Assembly: GCA_964371245.1 (NCBI GenBank)
Contig: CAYJKP010000001.1
Location: forward strand, 53,128 to 117,127
DNA from: an uncultured Gammaproteobacteria bacterium
Lineage (GTDB): Bacteria > Patescibacteriota > Patescibacteriia > JAHIZJ01
DNA: 64,000 nt
Direction: 5' to 3'
Shown: piece after piece, positions 49,323-59,005 of the stretch
How positions within the stretch are numbered: position 1 is the first letter of the stretch
How the letters are laid out: each line of letters begins with the position of its first letter
Notes under the pieces: model-generated
What the model was told of the DNA's origin: nothing
Seen by the model: the letters and a program-made list of their open reading frames with translations, nothing else
The model's database searches: none
Made by a program: the position numbers and the translations under genes

Positions 49323-49996
49323 TATGAATTTTCTAATCGGCGGTGTCTGATATGTCGCCAGACATACCAGATTATTACCAGTATGATGAAAAGCCCGATA
49401 GTCAGATCAAATTTATGCAGTTTTTCACGAATCAACTCCCAATGGTCACCCATTTTTATTCCGAGCCAGGCAAAGAGAGCGGTCCAGGGCAGGGCGCCAA
49501 AAAAAGTGAAAATCGAAAACCGTTTCAGATTCATCTTCGCGATGCCAGCCGGAAAGGAAATGTATGTTCGCACGATCGGCAAAAGCCGTCCGAAGAACAC
49601 GGTCCAGTCGCCGTACTTCGTGAACCAGCGGTCAGCCAGGTCGAGATCGTGTTTGGAAATTAATATGTACTTGCCGTATTTTTCGATCAGCGGCCGTCCA
49701 CCCTTCAGGCCGATCCAATAGGCGAGCAGTGAGCCAACGAGATTGCCGAATGTTCCGGCCAGCGTAATCAGCCAAAACGACATCTTTCCTGCCGAAACCA
49801 AAAAGCCGGAAAACGGCATGATCACCTCGGAGGGCATCGGAATTCCGCAACTCTCAACCAGCATCAGGAAAAATACGCCGGGATAGCCGATGGCGTCAAT
49901 TGTTTGCGTTACGATTCGCGCGAGAAAATCTATTACGTCGGTCACCATAATGATAGGTTCGTTGTTGTTTGCATCATTGTACCATAAAGTTGCCAA
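49322..49996 (-). CDS. DedA/SNARE-associated (TVP38) family membrane protein
   Basis: FFLMLVESCGIPMPSE and GRLLPIVRTYISFPAG motifs. Confidence 0.75.
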   Translation of the reverse strand: MATLWYNDANNNEPIIMVTDVIDFLARIVTQTIDAIGYPGVFFLMLVESCGIPMPSEVIMPFSGFLVSAGKMSFWLITLAGTFGNLVGSLLAYWIGLKGGRPLIEKYGKYILISKHDLDLADRWFTKYGDWTVFFGRLLPIVRTYISFPAGIAKMNLKRFSIFTFFGALPWTALFAWLGIKMGDHWELIREKLHKFDLTIGLFIILVIIWYVWRHIRHRRLENS

Positions 49997-50051
49997 TGAA
50001 GATAGACAAAACGGGGAAAAACTGCTATAATGAAGGAGTTAAAAAAACGAA

Positions 50052-51935
50052 ATGAAGACAAAACGAATAATAATTATTGCCACATCATTCATTATCGGTC
50101 TGCTTGTGGTTTCCGGAGCAGCCGTTTATTTTTTTCTCTGGCAGCCAAAAGTAACATTGGTTTCGCCGGCGGACGAGGCGACTCAGGTTGCGCTTGACGC
50201 AACGATTCTCATCCGGTTTGATAAACCAATCAATCGCCGCGCGCTCGTTCCGAGATTGACACCGGATTTGGACGGCGAGTGGAGTTATGAATCGCCGCTG
50301 GCTGGCCGTCAAATGTATCAAGCCATTCGGTTTGTGCCCAACCGCGTTTTTGAGCCGAGCACCCGGTACACTGTGGCCCTGGAAGGAATTACTGACCTGG
50401 CGCAGTACGCGCAGCCAAAAACCTATACCATTACCTTTATCACCCAAGAATTGCCAACAGTCTCAAGCGTGGCGCCAGCTGACGGCTCAACGACAGTGTC
50501 ACCGCAGACGAACATCGAAATCGCCTTGACTGGAGCGAATCACGACTATGCCGAGTTTGAGGTTGTTTTCGATCCAGCGATTGCCTACACGCCGCGGCAA
50601 AACGAGACACTGGATCGATATACGATTATTCCTGATACCAAGTTCAACCAGGGTGCAACCTATACACTGACCATCAACCGTTCGTTTGTTGTCCGGGATC
50701 GACAAACGCAGGTCATTACCTATCGAGGCGAGCCCGAAAAAATGTATCAGGGAACTTTTACGATCGCGCCGCCGCCGCGGGCTGAAAAAGTATATCCGAC
50801 CGGCGAACAGGTATTCACTGACGAAAAACCGACGCTAATGTTTACCGAACCGATGGATAGCGCTAGTTTAAATGAACATTTCATCGTCACGCCCGTTATC
50901 GCCGGGGAGCTCTCATTGTCTGATGATCAATCGACCGCCACCTTCACGCCCGCCGTCGCGTTGACTTTTGATACCGACTATCGCATAACAGTCACCGCTG
51001 GCGCCGAAAATGCGAATGGGGGATTTTTACCGGAAGACGTTACCTACACGTTTCATACCATCGGCCCGGTCGAGGCGACGCACCATGCACCGTCGGACGG
51101 AGCCACCGGCGTAGCGATCGGCAGCAGCATCGCGGTATCGTTTAATCAGGCGGTTGATCGCGCCTCAGCTGAAAAGGCGTTCATTACCGAACCGGCGATC
51201 TACGGATCATTTACCTGGAACGATCAAACCATGACGTTCAAACCAAACAACGCGCTGTTGTTTGATACAACCTATCAGGTTCGGCTCACCAGCGGCATTC
51301 AAAGCATTCGTGGCCAAAATTCCCGGGCAACCTACGGTTTCACATTCGCAACAGCGCCGTCGACCGTGAAGCTCAACGTTGCCATCGACTTACAAGACCA
51401 CGCTTTATCATGTGAAGCCGCCGCGCTGAAAATGGCCCTGGCAAATAAAGGCGTGCGCGTGTCAGAAAACGATATTATGAACTATGTCGGATTCGATCCG
51501 ACGCCACACAAGGGCTCAACCTGGGGCGATGCCTATCGCGCATACGTCGGCGACATCAACGGCCGGCAAAATACTACCGGTTATGGCGTCTATTGGGATC
51601 CGATCGCGCAAGCGGCCAATCATTGGCGCCCAAGCCAAGCCTTCACTGGTTGGACCGCGAGCCAGGTCGCTGAGGAAATTGACAGCGGAAATGCCGTTGT
51701 GATCTGGGGAGTGTACGGCCGGGGCTATGAAGATTCATGGTACACGCCGACGGGAAAATACATCTATGCTTGGAAAGGCGAGCATGCCCGAACGGTCATC
51801 GGTTTTATTGGGAGCGTCGACAATCCGATCAAGTTTATCATCAATGATCCCTATGCCGGTCAGATAACCTGGACGAAAGCGCAACTTGAAAGCAACTGGG
51901 GAATATTTGGCAATGCTGGAGTAGTCGTGCGGTAG
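50052..51935 (+). CDS. secreted protein with SbsA-type Ig-like repeats and C-terminal peptidase C39-like domain
   Basis: Signal/anchor. Four or more repeats of the P.DG.T.V.....I...F...M type. C-terminus has Cys (HALSCEAAALKMAL) and downstream His/Asp, resembling YvpB/C39_2. Confidence 0.5.
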   Translation: MKTKRIIIIATSFIIGLLVVSGAAVYFFLWQPKVTLVSPADEATQVALDATILIRFDKPINRRALVPRLTPDLDGEWSYESPLAGRQMYQAIRFVPNRVFEPSTRYTVALEGITDLAQYAQPKTYTITFITQELPTVSSVAPADGSTTVSPQTNIEIALTGANHDYAEFEVVFDPAIAYTPRQNETLDRYTIIPDTKFNQGATYTLTINRSFVVRDRQTQVITYRGEPEKMYQGTFTIAPPPRAEKVYPTGEQVFTDEKPTLMFTEPMDSASLNEHFIVTPVIAGELSLSDDQSTATFTPAVALTFDTDYRITVTAGAENANGGFLPEDVTYTFHTIGPVEATHHAPSDGATGVAIGSSIAVSFNQAVDRASAEKAFITEPAIYGSFTWNDQTMTFKPNNALLFDTTYQVRLTSGIQSIRGQNSRATYGFTFATAPSTVKLNVAIDLQDHALSCEAAALKMALANKGVRVSENDIMNYVGFDPTPHKGSTWGDAYRAYVGDINGRQNTTGYGVYWDPIAQAANHWRPSQAFTGWTASQVAEEIDSGNAVVIWGVYGRGYEDSWYTPTGKYIYAWKGEHARTVIGFIGSVDNPIKFIINDPYAGQITWTKAQLESNWGIFGNAGVVVR

Positions 51936-51953
51936 AGATTGTTAAGCAATAAA

Positions 51954-51986
51954 AAATGGCTCATTTGCAGCCATTATTTTTTATTT
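51954..51986 (+). terminator. rho-independent terminator
   Basis: AATGGCT-CATTTGC-AGCCATT stem-loop followed by ATTTTTTATTT. Confidence 0.6.
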
Positions 51987-52211
51987 GTCTCCAAAAGAAA
52001 AACTCCCCAGCGGTTCTCGGGATGAACCACTGAGGAGCGTGTGGCCGGTCCCCCCTCCGGACTGTGTTTCGGCCACGTTACTATGGTATGAACGAATAGA
52101 CACGTTCTGATAGCGTTTAATGACTTCTATTGATAGGGCACCAGTTGTTTCGGATTCAATGGTAGGGATTAATTGACGCCGTGTCAAGACTACCGCGATC
52201 GGGTTTGAATA

Positions 52212-52220
52212 TGGTATAAT
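52212..52220 (+). promoter_or_regulatory. extended -10 element TGgTATAAT upstream of the giant gene
   Basis: TGnTATAAT 36 nt upstream of the ATG. No good -35. Confidence 0.35.
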
Positions 52221-52255
52221 AACAGCACCTTTTTTAATACTAAATCAAGAAAACC

Positions 52256-55200
52256 ATGAACTCAGTAAAAAATTCCAGTCAAAAAACCGGGAAATTTTTA
52301 CGCGCCCAGAAAAAAGTAAAAGGTCCGGCGTCGTCTTCTCGAACCTTGCGAAAAACACAGGGTGGATTTGCCCTACTCGGAAAGCAATTTTTACCCATTA
52401 TTATTGTTCTCATTATAGCCGTCCTGGCTGCGGCTGTACTGCTCTATCGCCAGTCCAGCCAGTCAAACTATGCCGGCATTACTCGACCGGAGCTGACCGG
52501 ACAATTCGGATTGAAGGCGGTTAAGACCGATTCGGCCGGGATTGAGCCAACCACTACCTTTTTGTTAAGCTCGAATCGATCACTCTCAGCCGATGTTATC
52601 GAAGAATTGGTTACTTTTTCGCCGGAAGTGAAATATAAAGTCCGCAAACTGAAGGAAGAATCTTCTTTTAACGGTTTTTTGAGCAAAGTATTCGCCCAAG
52701 AGCCCAATACGAACAACACGAATGGGGAATCAGCCGTTAGCTCATATGAATTAAAGCCTGTCACGGCGCTCCACGAAGACACGAACTATCAAGTAACCAT
52801 TGCAAAAACAAAGTACTCGGACCGGGAATATCAGTGGGCTTTTCCGGTAAAGGCAAAGTTCCAGGTTCTGGAATCGCATCCTCGGCACCAGGCGACCTAT
52901 GTGCCGACAAATTCTACCGTTGAGATCACGATGAATCGAGAGAAATTTATCACCCCGGAAAAACATTTCTCACTCTCCCCGAATGTTGAGGGTACGCTCG
53001 AGCAGCACGGCAACCGGCTTGTTTTTTTGAGCAACCAACTGGCTGAAAAAACAGTTTATACCGCAACGCTAAAAAAGGGATTGAAGGTTGAGGGCAGTGA
53101 TGAAGAATTAACGCAAGACTATACCTTCAGTTTTGAGACAAGCGAATCGACGTATTCGTCGGGCCGAGCTCAATTTCGATTTAATTCGGACTTCCTGGAA
53201 TTTCTGCCGGACAAACAACCCTATTTCAGCGTCTACTATTATAATTTTGAACCCAAGGATCTCCAGGCAAATTTATACCGCTTTGATAAAGCCGATCAGT
53301 TTATATCCGCCTACCAAAACAGCCGCAACTGGAATCTCCGCTGGACGCATTTCACCTGGGAGGGAGCGGGCAGCCAATATGAGCCGGATCCCGATCAGCT
53401 GATGCTTACGTTTCCAGTCAATATTGTCCAGGTTGATTATCAGAAATTTTTTGAGGTGCCCCAAAAACTTGACCCGGGCTATTATCTCATCGATCTCCAG
53501 GCGGCTGACCAGCGTCACCAAGTCTGGTTGCAAATCACCCCAGTCTCACATTATTTTTCGGTCACGCACGAAAACAGTCTTGTCTGGCTGGCTGACTTTC
53601 CAAGTAAAGAGCCAACGCAGAATACCCAGATAACCTTTGTTGATCAGGCTGGTGAAGACGTAAAACTTGGCAAAACTGACTCGAATGGCCTGATCCAATT
53701 TGCCACACCAACGAGCCTAACCCAGTCCGTCATCGCTTCCCCGACGCCAAAATTTATCAAAGCCGCAACCGAGGACCAGCCGCTCTATATCCGGGTAAGC
53801 GACAAATACGGCTATCGCTCGACAGCGGCCGAGGGTGATCCGTACTGGGACTACTTGTCACTTGATCGCTATGTCTATCAGATGACGGATACGGTTCGGT
53901 TTTGGGGCGTTGTCCAAGGGCGGACCGAGGACATGCGCGAGAAAAAGGTGACGGCGGCAATTACGAGCGGGTATTATTATTACAATGAAGACGGATCGCA
54001 ATCGGATTTGCCGGTTCTGCAAAGCAAAGAGGTCGTTGTCTCGCCGTTTAACACGATTGAAGGCGATCTCTCGTTTACCGGATTAACGCCTGGAACGTAC
54101 AACGTCATGGTTCGTGACGGCGAGCGAACAATTTCCTCGGCGACCTTTGAAGTCATGACCTATATCAAGCCGGCCTATCAAATCACCGTGACGCCATCGA
54201 AACAGGCTATTTTTGCAGGCGAGCCGATCGACTTCGCGGTCCAGGCGAAGTTCTACGACGGTACGCCGGTACCGAATATCGCGCTGAAATATTACAGCTG
54301 GTGGAACGATGCCGTCCAAGGCGAGCTGAAATTGGACAGCGACGGCGAAGGTACGTTTACGTACACGCCAGCCTATACCGAGAGCGACTATCAATACTAT
54401 CCACGATACTTCGAAATGACGTTTTCGCCGTCCTTGGCTGAGGAAGGGGAGATTTCCGGCGCGGGCGGCGTCCTCGTTTTCGGACCGCATATGTCGCTTG
54501 AAACGAAATCAACCTACACCGGCGATCATAACTATCTCTTTACTGCGAAACTGAATTCGATCGTGTTGAAAGACTTGCCGACCAGTAATAATGGTAATTC
54601 CGATTCGTATTCCTTGTTGTCCGAATACATTGGCGAGCCTGTGCCGGACCACGTTCTTAACGCAAAAGTAGTAAAAACAACCATTCAAAAGATCGAGGAC
54701 GGGACATACTATGACCCGATCAATCGAGTCAACCAGAAGAAATATCGGTATGAATCGAAAGACGATATCATTGAGGAGCTGCAGGGGAAGACTGACGCAA
54801 ACGGCGAGTGGAGTTTTACCAGAGAATATCCCTATCAGGAGCTTGTTGGTTACCGAGTTGAATGTACGGGTCAGGATCAAGAGGGTCGGAACTTCAAATC
54901 CACCCAGTACATGTATTCTGGCGAAGGGTATATTCCGGGCAAGGAATTTAATGCGATACTCAGCCTGAACAACAATAACGGGACGACCCAATATTCAGTC
55001 GACGACCCGGTCAAACCTGAAGTACGCATTACCCTGGGACAATTGCCTGAAAAGTCGAAAATACTTTATTATCGTCGCCAAAACCAGATCGACAAAACCT
55101 GGGTGACGTCGGATCTAACGCTGGAAGAGAATTTTTCCCAGCAGTTTGTTCCCTCTGTTACGTATCGGGCAGTAATGCTCGGTCCGACTGGTTTTGTGGA

Positions 55201-57799
55201 AACGGGTGACGAGACGGCAGCATTTAAGAAAACCGACCGAGCGCTGTCAATAGAAATAAATCCGGATAAAACCGGCTATCGACCGGGTGAAAAAGTTACT
55301 CTGAACGTAGCCGTAACCGATAAAGACAAGAAGCCGGTTGCGGCCCAGGTCAATCTGGCCGCTGTTGACGAGGCGCTCTTCCACGTCGTGCCGTATTCTT
55401 GGCAACCAAAGATTCTCGACAGCCTCTACCGGAACGTAACCGTGTGGCCGCTTTCCGGCGCATCTGATTACGCCTTATTGGAGCAGGGGGCTGAACGCGG
55501 CGGCTGTTTCGGGGCGGATACCGCCATCCTCATGGCTGATAAAAAGACCAAGCCGATCCAAGATATCAAAGTGGGCGATACCGTTCTCGCTTCAGCGGGC
55601 GATGGCACAACTGTCGTGAAACCAGCCGTCGTTCAAGGGACGTCCGTTCACCTGGTGAATACGTTCCTCGTCATTAACGGCTCGCTCGTCGTCACGCCGG
55701 AACACCCACTCTTTGCGAATGATCGCTGGCAGCCGGCTGGAAACCTGAAAACAGGCGATGTCTTATTGGGCAGCGATGGAAAAGCCAAGCCGATTGAGTC
55801 AGTCGTGACGACGACGGATCGCTCAATCCCGGTCTATAATCTCGTTGTCGGCACGTATCATACCTATTTTGCCAATGGCCTCCTGGCTCATAATGCCGAA
55901 AAGGCCGGTGGCCCACGTTCCAACTTTGTCGATGTTGCGCTCTATCAGACCATTGAAACCAACATGAGCGGCCAAGGTTCAGCTACCTTTACCGCACCCG
56001 ACAATCTTACCTCCTGGCGGGTCACTGCCCTGGCGTACGACCCTGATCTGATTCTGGCTGGCCAAACGGCCAAGCTCGTGCCAGTCGCACTGCCGCTGTT
56101 CGTCGACAGTACCTTGAACTCATTCTATCGGACAAATGACAAACCGATTGTTCGAGTACGCGCCTTTGGCAACGATTATCAGGTCGGTCAGGCGACGGAT
56201 TTCGCTCTAACCAGCACCTCGCTCAACCTCAATCTCGCCAAAACCTCGACTGACCGGGAAGTACGTTTTGATCTCGGCGCAATCCCGGCCGGTGACCATG
56301 ATATTACGGTTGGCGTAAAGCAAGGTCAGGCTCAGGATTCCGTAAAACGTCAACTCCAGGTAATCGATAATCACTTCCGGATCGTTCAAGCCAAAGAATA
56401 CGCCGTCACCAATGACCTGAAAGACATCGAAGGGAACACCCAGGCCTACACCCACCTGGTATTTGCCGACGCCGGCCGTGGCAAATATTTTCAGCCACTC
56501 CTTGAGCTCAGTTACGAAACGGGCGTTCGCTCGGATCAAACGGCGGCTGCGTACACGGCGAATGCGTTGCTCGAAAAATATTTCAAATACCCGGCGCCCG
56601 AGCCGCTTGATCTCTCCGGGTTTCAGGTCCAGGATACCGGCGCTTTAGCGCTCTTTCCGTATAGCGATAGCGATTTAGAAGTCTCGGCAAAACTCGCTGA
56701 TTTGGCTCGAGCCAACGTGCCCGAAGCCGAGCTGAACCGGTATTTCACAACCTCTCTCTCGGACGATAAAGCCGATCTCAATCGGATTAGTAAGGCACTC
56801 TATGGCTTGGCGAGTCTGGGCGAGCCGGTTCTCGCGAAGATCCAAACCGTGCTTCAGCAATCAGAGTTATCAGTGGAAGACCGTCTCTATCTGGCCATCG
56901 GTTTGATCAGGCTGGGCGATCAGGAAGGGGCGAGACTCGTGTATCAAGATGCCATTCGAATAAATCTCCGTTTTGAAGGGGGCGAGGCGTGGCTGGAAAG
57001 CGAGAGCGATCTGACGCGTCGAGTAAAACTCACCGGTTTATCGGGCATTCTCGCGGCTGAGTTAAAATTAACGGATGACGCCAACGCACTCTGGAGCTAC
57101 CTGTCTGGTCACTACCCAGAAACCGATCTTGACGGTATCGAGCGCGCCTTGATGATCCGGGCGCTCCTGGTCATGGCCGATCCGTCGGCAGCCAGTTTTA
57201 CCTACGATACCGGTAGCCGAAAGGAAACCGTCAAATTAGAGAACGGCGCTACATACGCGCTTGATTTGGCGGCTGTGGAATTGACTGCTCTCCGTTTCAG
57301 CGATGTCACAGGCAATATCGTGCTGGTCAGCTGGTTTGAGCGGAGTAAGAATCCGGAGGAACTCCCCCGCAACCCCGATCTCGTTTTGACTCGAAAGTAC
57401 CTCGTGAATGATAAGCCGACGACGACGTTTGCTGAGGGGGATATTGTTAAGGTTCGCCTCGATCCGAATATTGGCGCGAACGCCATCGACGGCTTGTACC
57501 AGGTGACGGATTATCTGCCGAGTGGCTTGCGACCAATCACTCAACTGTATAATCGAAATTTATCGTCTGGTACGGAATGCGATCCGATCTGGTACCCGTC
57601 CATGATCATGAACCAGAGCGTGTATTTCACCATCGGAAAGGACTTTGATCGCACCCCTGACTGCACAAACCGAACGCTCAACTATTACGCCCGGGTTGTT
57701 AGCCCCGGCGGATACTCGGCCGAACCGGCAGTCATCCAGTCGCTCAAGAATCTCACGAGCTTAAACTTAACCGACGCACATAATATTACGATTAAGTAG
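52256..57799 (+). CDS. giant alpha-2-macroglobulin-family protein (thioester-less) with embedded Hint domain
   Basis: 1847 aa with an N-terminal TM anchor. RSNFVDVALYQ...TAPDNLTSW matches the A2M-domain start (RxYFPETWxW...VPDxITxW). No CGEQ motif seen. Confidence 0.7.
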   Translation: MNSVKNSSQKTGKFLRAQKKVKGPASSSRTLRKTQGGFALLGKQFLPIIIVLIIAVLAAAVLLYRQSSQSNYAGITRPELTGQFGLKAVKTDSAGIEPTTTFLLSSNRSLSADVIEELVTFSPEVKYKVRKLKEESSFNGFLSKVFAQEPNTNNTNGESAVSSYELKPVTALHEDTNYQVTIAKTKYSDREYQWAFPVKAKFQVLESHPRHQATYVPTNSTVEITMNREKFITPEKHFSLSPNVEGTLEQHGNRLVFLSNQLAEKTVYTATLKKGLKVEGSDEELTQDYTFSFETSESTYSSGRAQFRFNSDFLEFLPDKQPYFSVYYYNFEPKDLQANLYRFDKADQFISAYQNSRNWNLRWTHFTWEGAGSQYEPDPDQLMLTFPVNIVQVDYQKFFEVPQKLDPGYYLIDLQAADQRHQVWLQITPVSHYFSVTHENSLVWLADFPSKEPTQNTQITFVDQAGEDVKLGKTDSNGLIQFATPTSLTQSVIASPTPKFIKAATEDQPLYIRVSDKYGYRSTAAEGDPYWDYLSLDRYVYQMTDTVRFWGVVQGRTEDMREKKVTAAITSGYYYYNEDGSQSDLPVLQSKEVVVSPFNTIEGDLSFTGLTPGTYNVMVRDGERTISSATFEVMTYIKPAYQITVTPSKQAIFAGEPIDFAVQAKFYDGTPVPNIALKYYSWWNDAVQGELKLDSDGEGTFTYTPAYTESDYQYYPRYFEMTFSPSLAEEGEISGAGGVLVFGPHMSLETKSTYTGDHNYLFTAKLNSIVLKDLPTSNNGNSDSYSLLSEYIGEPVPDHVLNAKVVKTTIQKIEDGTYYDPINRVNQKKYRYESKDDIIEELQGKTDANGEWSFTREYPYQELVGYRVECTGQDQEGRNFKSTQYMYSGEGYIPGKEFNAILSLNNNNGTTQYSVDDPVKPEVRITLGQLPEKSKILYYRRQNQIDKTWVTSDLTLEENFSQQFVPSVTYRAVMLGPTGFVETGDETAAFKKTDRALSIEINPDKTGYRPGEKVTLNVAVTDKDKKPVAAQVNLAAVDEALFHVVPYSWQPKILDSLYRNVTVWPLSGASDYALLEQGAERGGCFGADTAILMADKKTKPIQDIKVGDTVLASAGDGTTVVKPAVVQGTSVHLVNTFLVINGSLVVTPEHPLFANDRWQPAGNLKTGDVLLGSDGKAKPIESVVTTTDRSIPVYNLVVGTYHTYFANGLLAHNAEKAGGPRSNFVDVALYQTIETNMSGQGSATFTAPDNLTSWRVTALAYDPDLILAGQTAKLVPVALPLFVDSTLNSFYRTNDKPIVRVRAFGNDYQVGQATDFALTSTSLNLNLAKTSTDREVRFDLGAIPAGDHDITVGVKQGQAQDSVKRQLQVIDNHFRIVQAKEYAVTNDLKDIEGNTQAYTHLVFADAGRGKYFQPLLELSYETGVRSDQTAAAYTANALLEKYFKYPAPEPLDLSGFQVQDTGALALFPYSDSDLEVSAKLADLARANVPEAELNRYFTTSLSDDKADLNRISKALYGLASLGEPVLAKIQTVLQQSELSVEDRLYLAIGLIRLGDQEGARLVYQDAIRINLRFEGGEAWLESESDLTRRVKLTGLSGILAAELKLTDDANALWSYLSGHYPETDLDGIERALMIRALLVMADPSAASFTYDTGSRKETVKLENGATYALDLAAVELTALRFSDVTGNIVLVSWFERSKNPEELPRNPDLVLTRKYLVNDKPTTTFAEGDIVKVRLDPNIGANAIDGLYQVTDYLPSGLRPITQLYNRNLSSGTECDPIWYPSMIMNQSVYFTIGKDFDRTPDCTNRTLNYYARVVSPGGYSAEPAVIQSLKNLTSLNLTDAHNITIK
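55505..55894 (+). other. Hint / bacterial intein-like (BIL) domain inside the A2M-family CDS
   Basis: In-frame 130-aa segment CFGADTAIL...VVTPEHPLF (TxxH block B)...VYNLVVGTYHTYFANGLLAHN (blocks F/G ending His-Asn). The +1 residue is Ala. Confidence 0.7.
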
Positions 57800-57815
57800 A
57801 CTCGCGTCAGTCAGT

Positions 57816-58700
57816 GTGCTAATTGGGCTCCTCTGCCTCATTGGCGGAGGAGCTTGGTTGATACTGGCGCCAAAAAAGTCGACCGGGGAAAATGTAGCCA
57901 GCGTAAATTCTCAACAGCCTCAAACGATCCGGTCAACTGGTTTTTTTGAATACACGGAAGCCATTGACCGTGTTTTTTCTGAAACGCAACCGGCGTCGTT
58001 TGCCGACCAGACACCCGTTCAGCTTGGCCTTACCTCGCATCATCTTCCGACCGCCGCTCCATTGATCGCACGATTTTATGCCACTCTGCAGAAGCAATTG
58101 GGACCGCGAAAAACGTTCGTTATTGTTGGGCCCGATCACGCTGAACGTTGCCCTCAATATGTAACCACGACCGCTCTTCCATATCAAACACCCTACGGTC
58201 TGTTACCGATTGATCCGGAGGTATCAGCGGCCGCGCAGGCGGCTGGCGCAGCCATCAGCGAAGGTTGTTTTATAGGCGAGCATTCAACGAGCGTTCAAGC
58301 ACTCTTTGTTCGGCGGAACTTTCCCGAGGCACTGGTCGTGCCGATACTCTTATCCTCAGCGACAAGCGATGAGTCGCTGCGCCGACTCGCCCAAGCGCTC
58401 TCGGCCCGGTCGGATTCGATCACCGTTATTGGCAGCGTCGATTTTTCTCACGCCCTGCCAGCAGCCGAGGCGCGACAACGCGATGCTGCAACCGATCAAA
58501 TATTGCTCAAGCAAAACGTATCTAGCCTAACACTTGATCAGGTCGATTCGCCGCCGACATTGAAACTCCTGTATTTGTTAAATCAGCGGTTAGGGAATAA
58601 CCCCCCGGTAATTTTTGATCGTGCAAATACAGTTGATTATACCGGTGCGGCTGAGAACACAACCGGCTATAGAAACATGATGTTTTTTAATTCGGAGTAG
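57816..58700 (+). CDS. Memo-like (AmmeMemoRadiSam system protein B-like) protein
   Basis: N-terminal TM helix. LTSHHLP and VIVGPDH resemble the MEMO1 APHAGYTY / ILGPSHH blocks. Confidence 0.45.
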   Translation: MLIGLLCLIGGGAWLILAPKKSTGENVASVNSQQPQTIRSTGFFEYTEAIDRVFSETQPASFADQTPVQLGLTSHHLPTAAPLIARFYATLQKQLGPRKTFVIVGPDHAERCPQYVTTTALPYQTPYGLLPIDPEVSAAAQAAGAAISEGCFIGEHSTSVQALFVRRNFPEALVVPILLSSATSDESLRRLAQALSARSDSITVIGSVDFSHALPAAEARQRDAATDQILLKQNVSSLTLDQVDSPPTLKLLYLLNQRLGNNPPVIFDRANTVDYTGAAENTTGYRNMMFFNSE

Positions 58701-58744
58701 ACAAAAATAATAAAACATGGTAAAATAGATATGAAGGAGAAACC

Positions 58745-59005
58745 ATGACTGCTAATTTAACACAAAAAACGATCGAGCAGTTTTTTCAGGAAAATAATGT
58801 ACCTGAGGATAAACGGGAGAAGGTACTGATGACCGTGACCAATCTGGTCTATGAACGGAACATGCACGTGATCGATTGGGAGAAGGCGGACGGCGAGGAA
58901 AAAGCCAAGCTCGAAGTGCTTATTGCCGACAAAGAGAAAACCATCAATCAGAAGGTCGCCGACATTCTCAACGGCAAAGACGTGGAAATTCATTATGACT
59001 TCTAA
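58745..59005 (+). CDS. small hypothetical protein
   Basis: 86-aa acidic ORF with an RBS (GAAGGAGAAACC). The stop overlaps the gpmI start. Confidence 0.4.
   Translation: MTANLTQKTIEQFFQENNVPEDKREKVLMTVTNLVYERNMHVIDWEKADGEEKAKLEVLIADKEKTINQKVADILNGKDVEIHYDF

Noticed and set aside
51981-52187. 68-aa minus-strand ORF in the spacer upstream of the A2M gene
   Set aside because: Lies in a promoter/terminator spacer. No RBS; non-coding composition.
55505-55897. Canonical self-splicing intein
   Set aside because: The +1 residue after the terminal His-Asn is Ala, which cannot perform the transesterification. A BIL-type Hint domain is the better interpretation.
52256-57799. Thioester (CGEQ) site in the A2M-family protein
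   Set aside because: No CGEQ or CxEQ motif found on visual scan of the 1847-aa translation. Reported as thioester-less.
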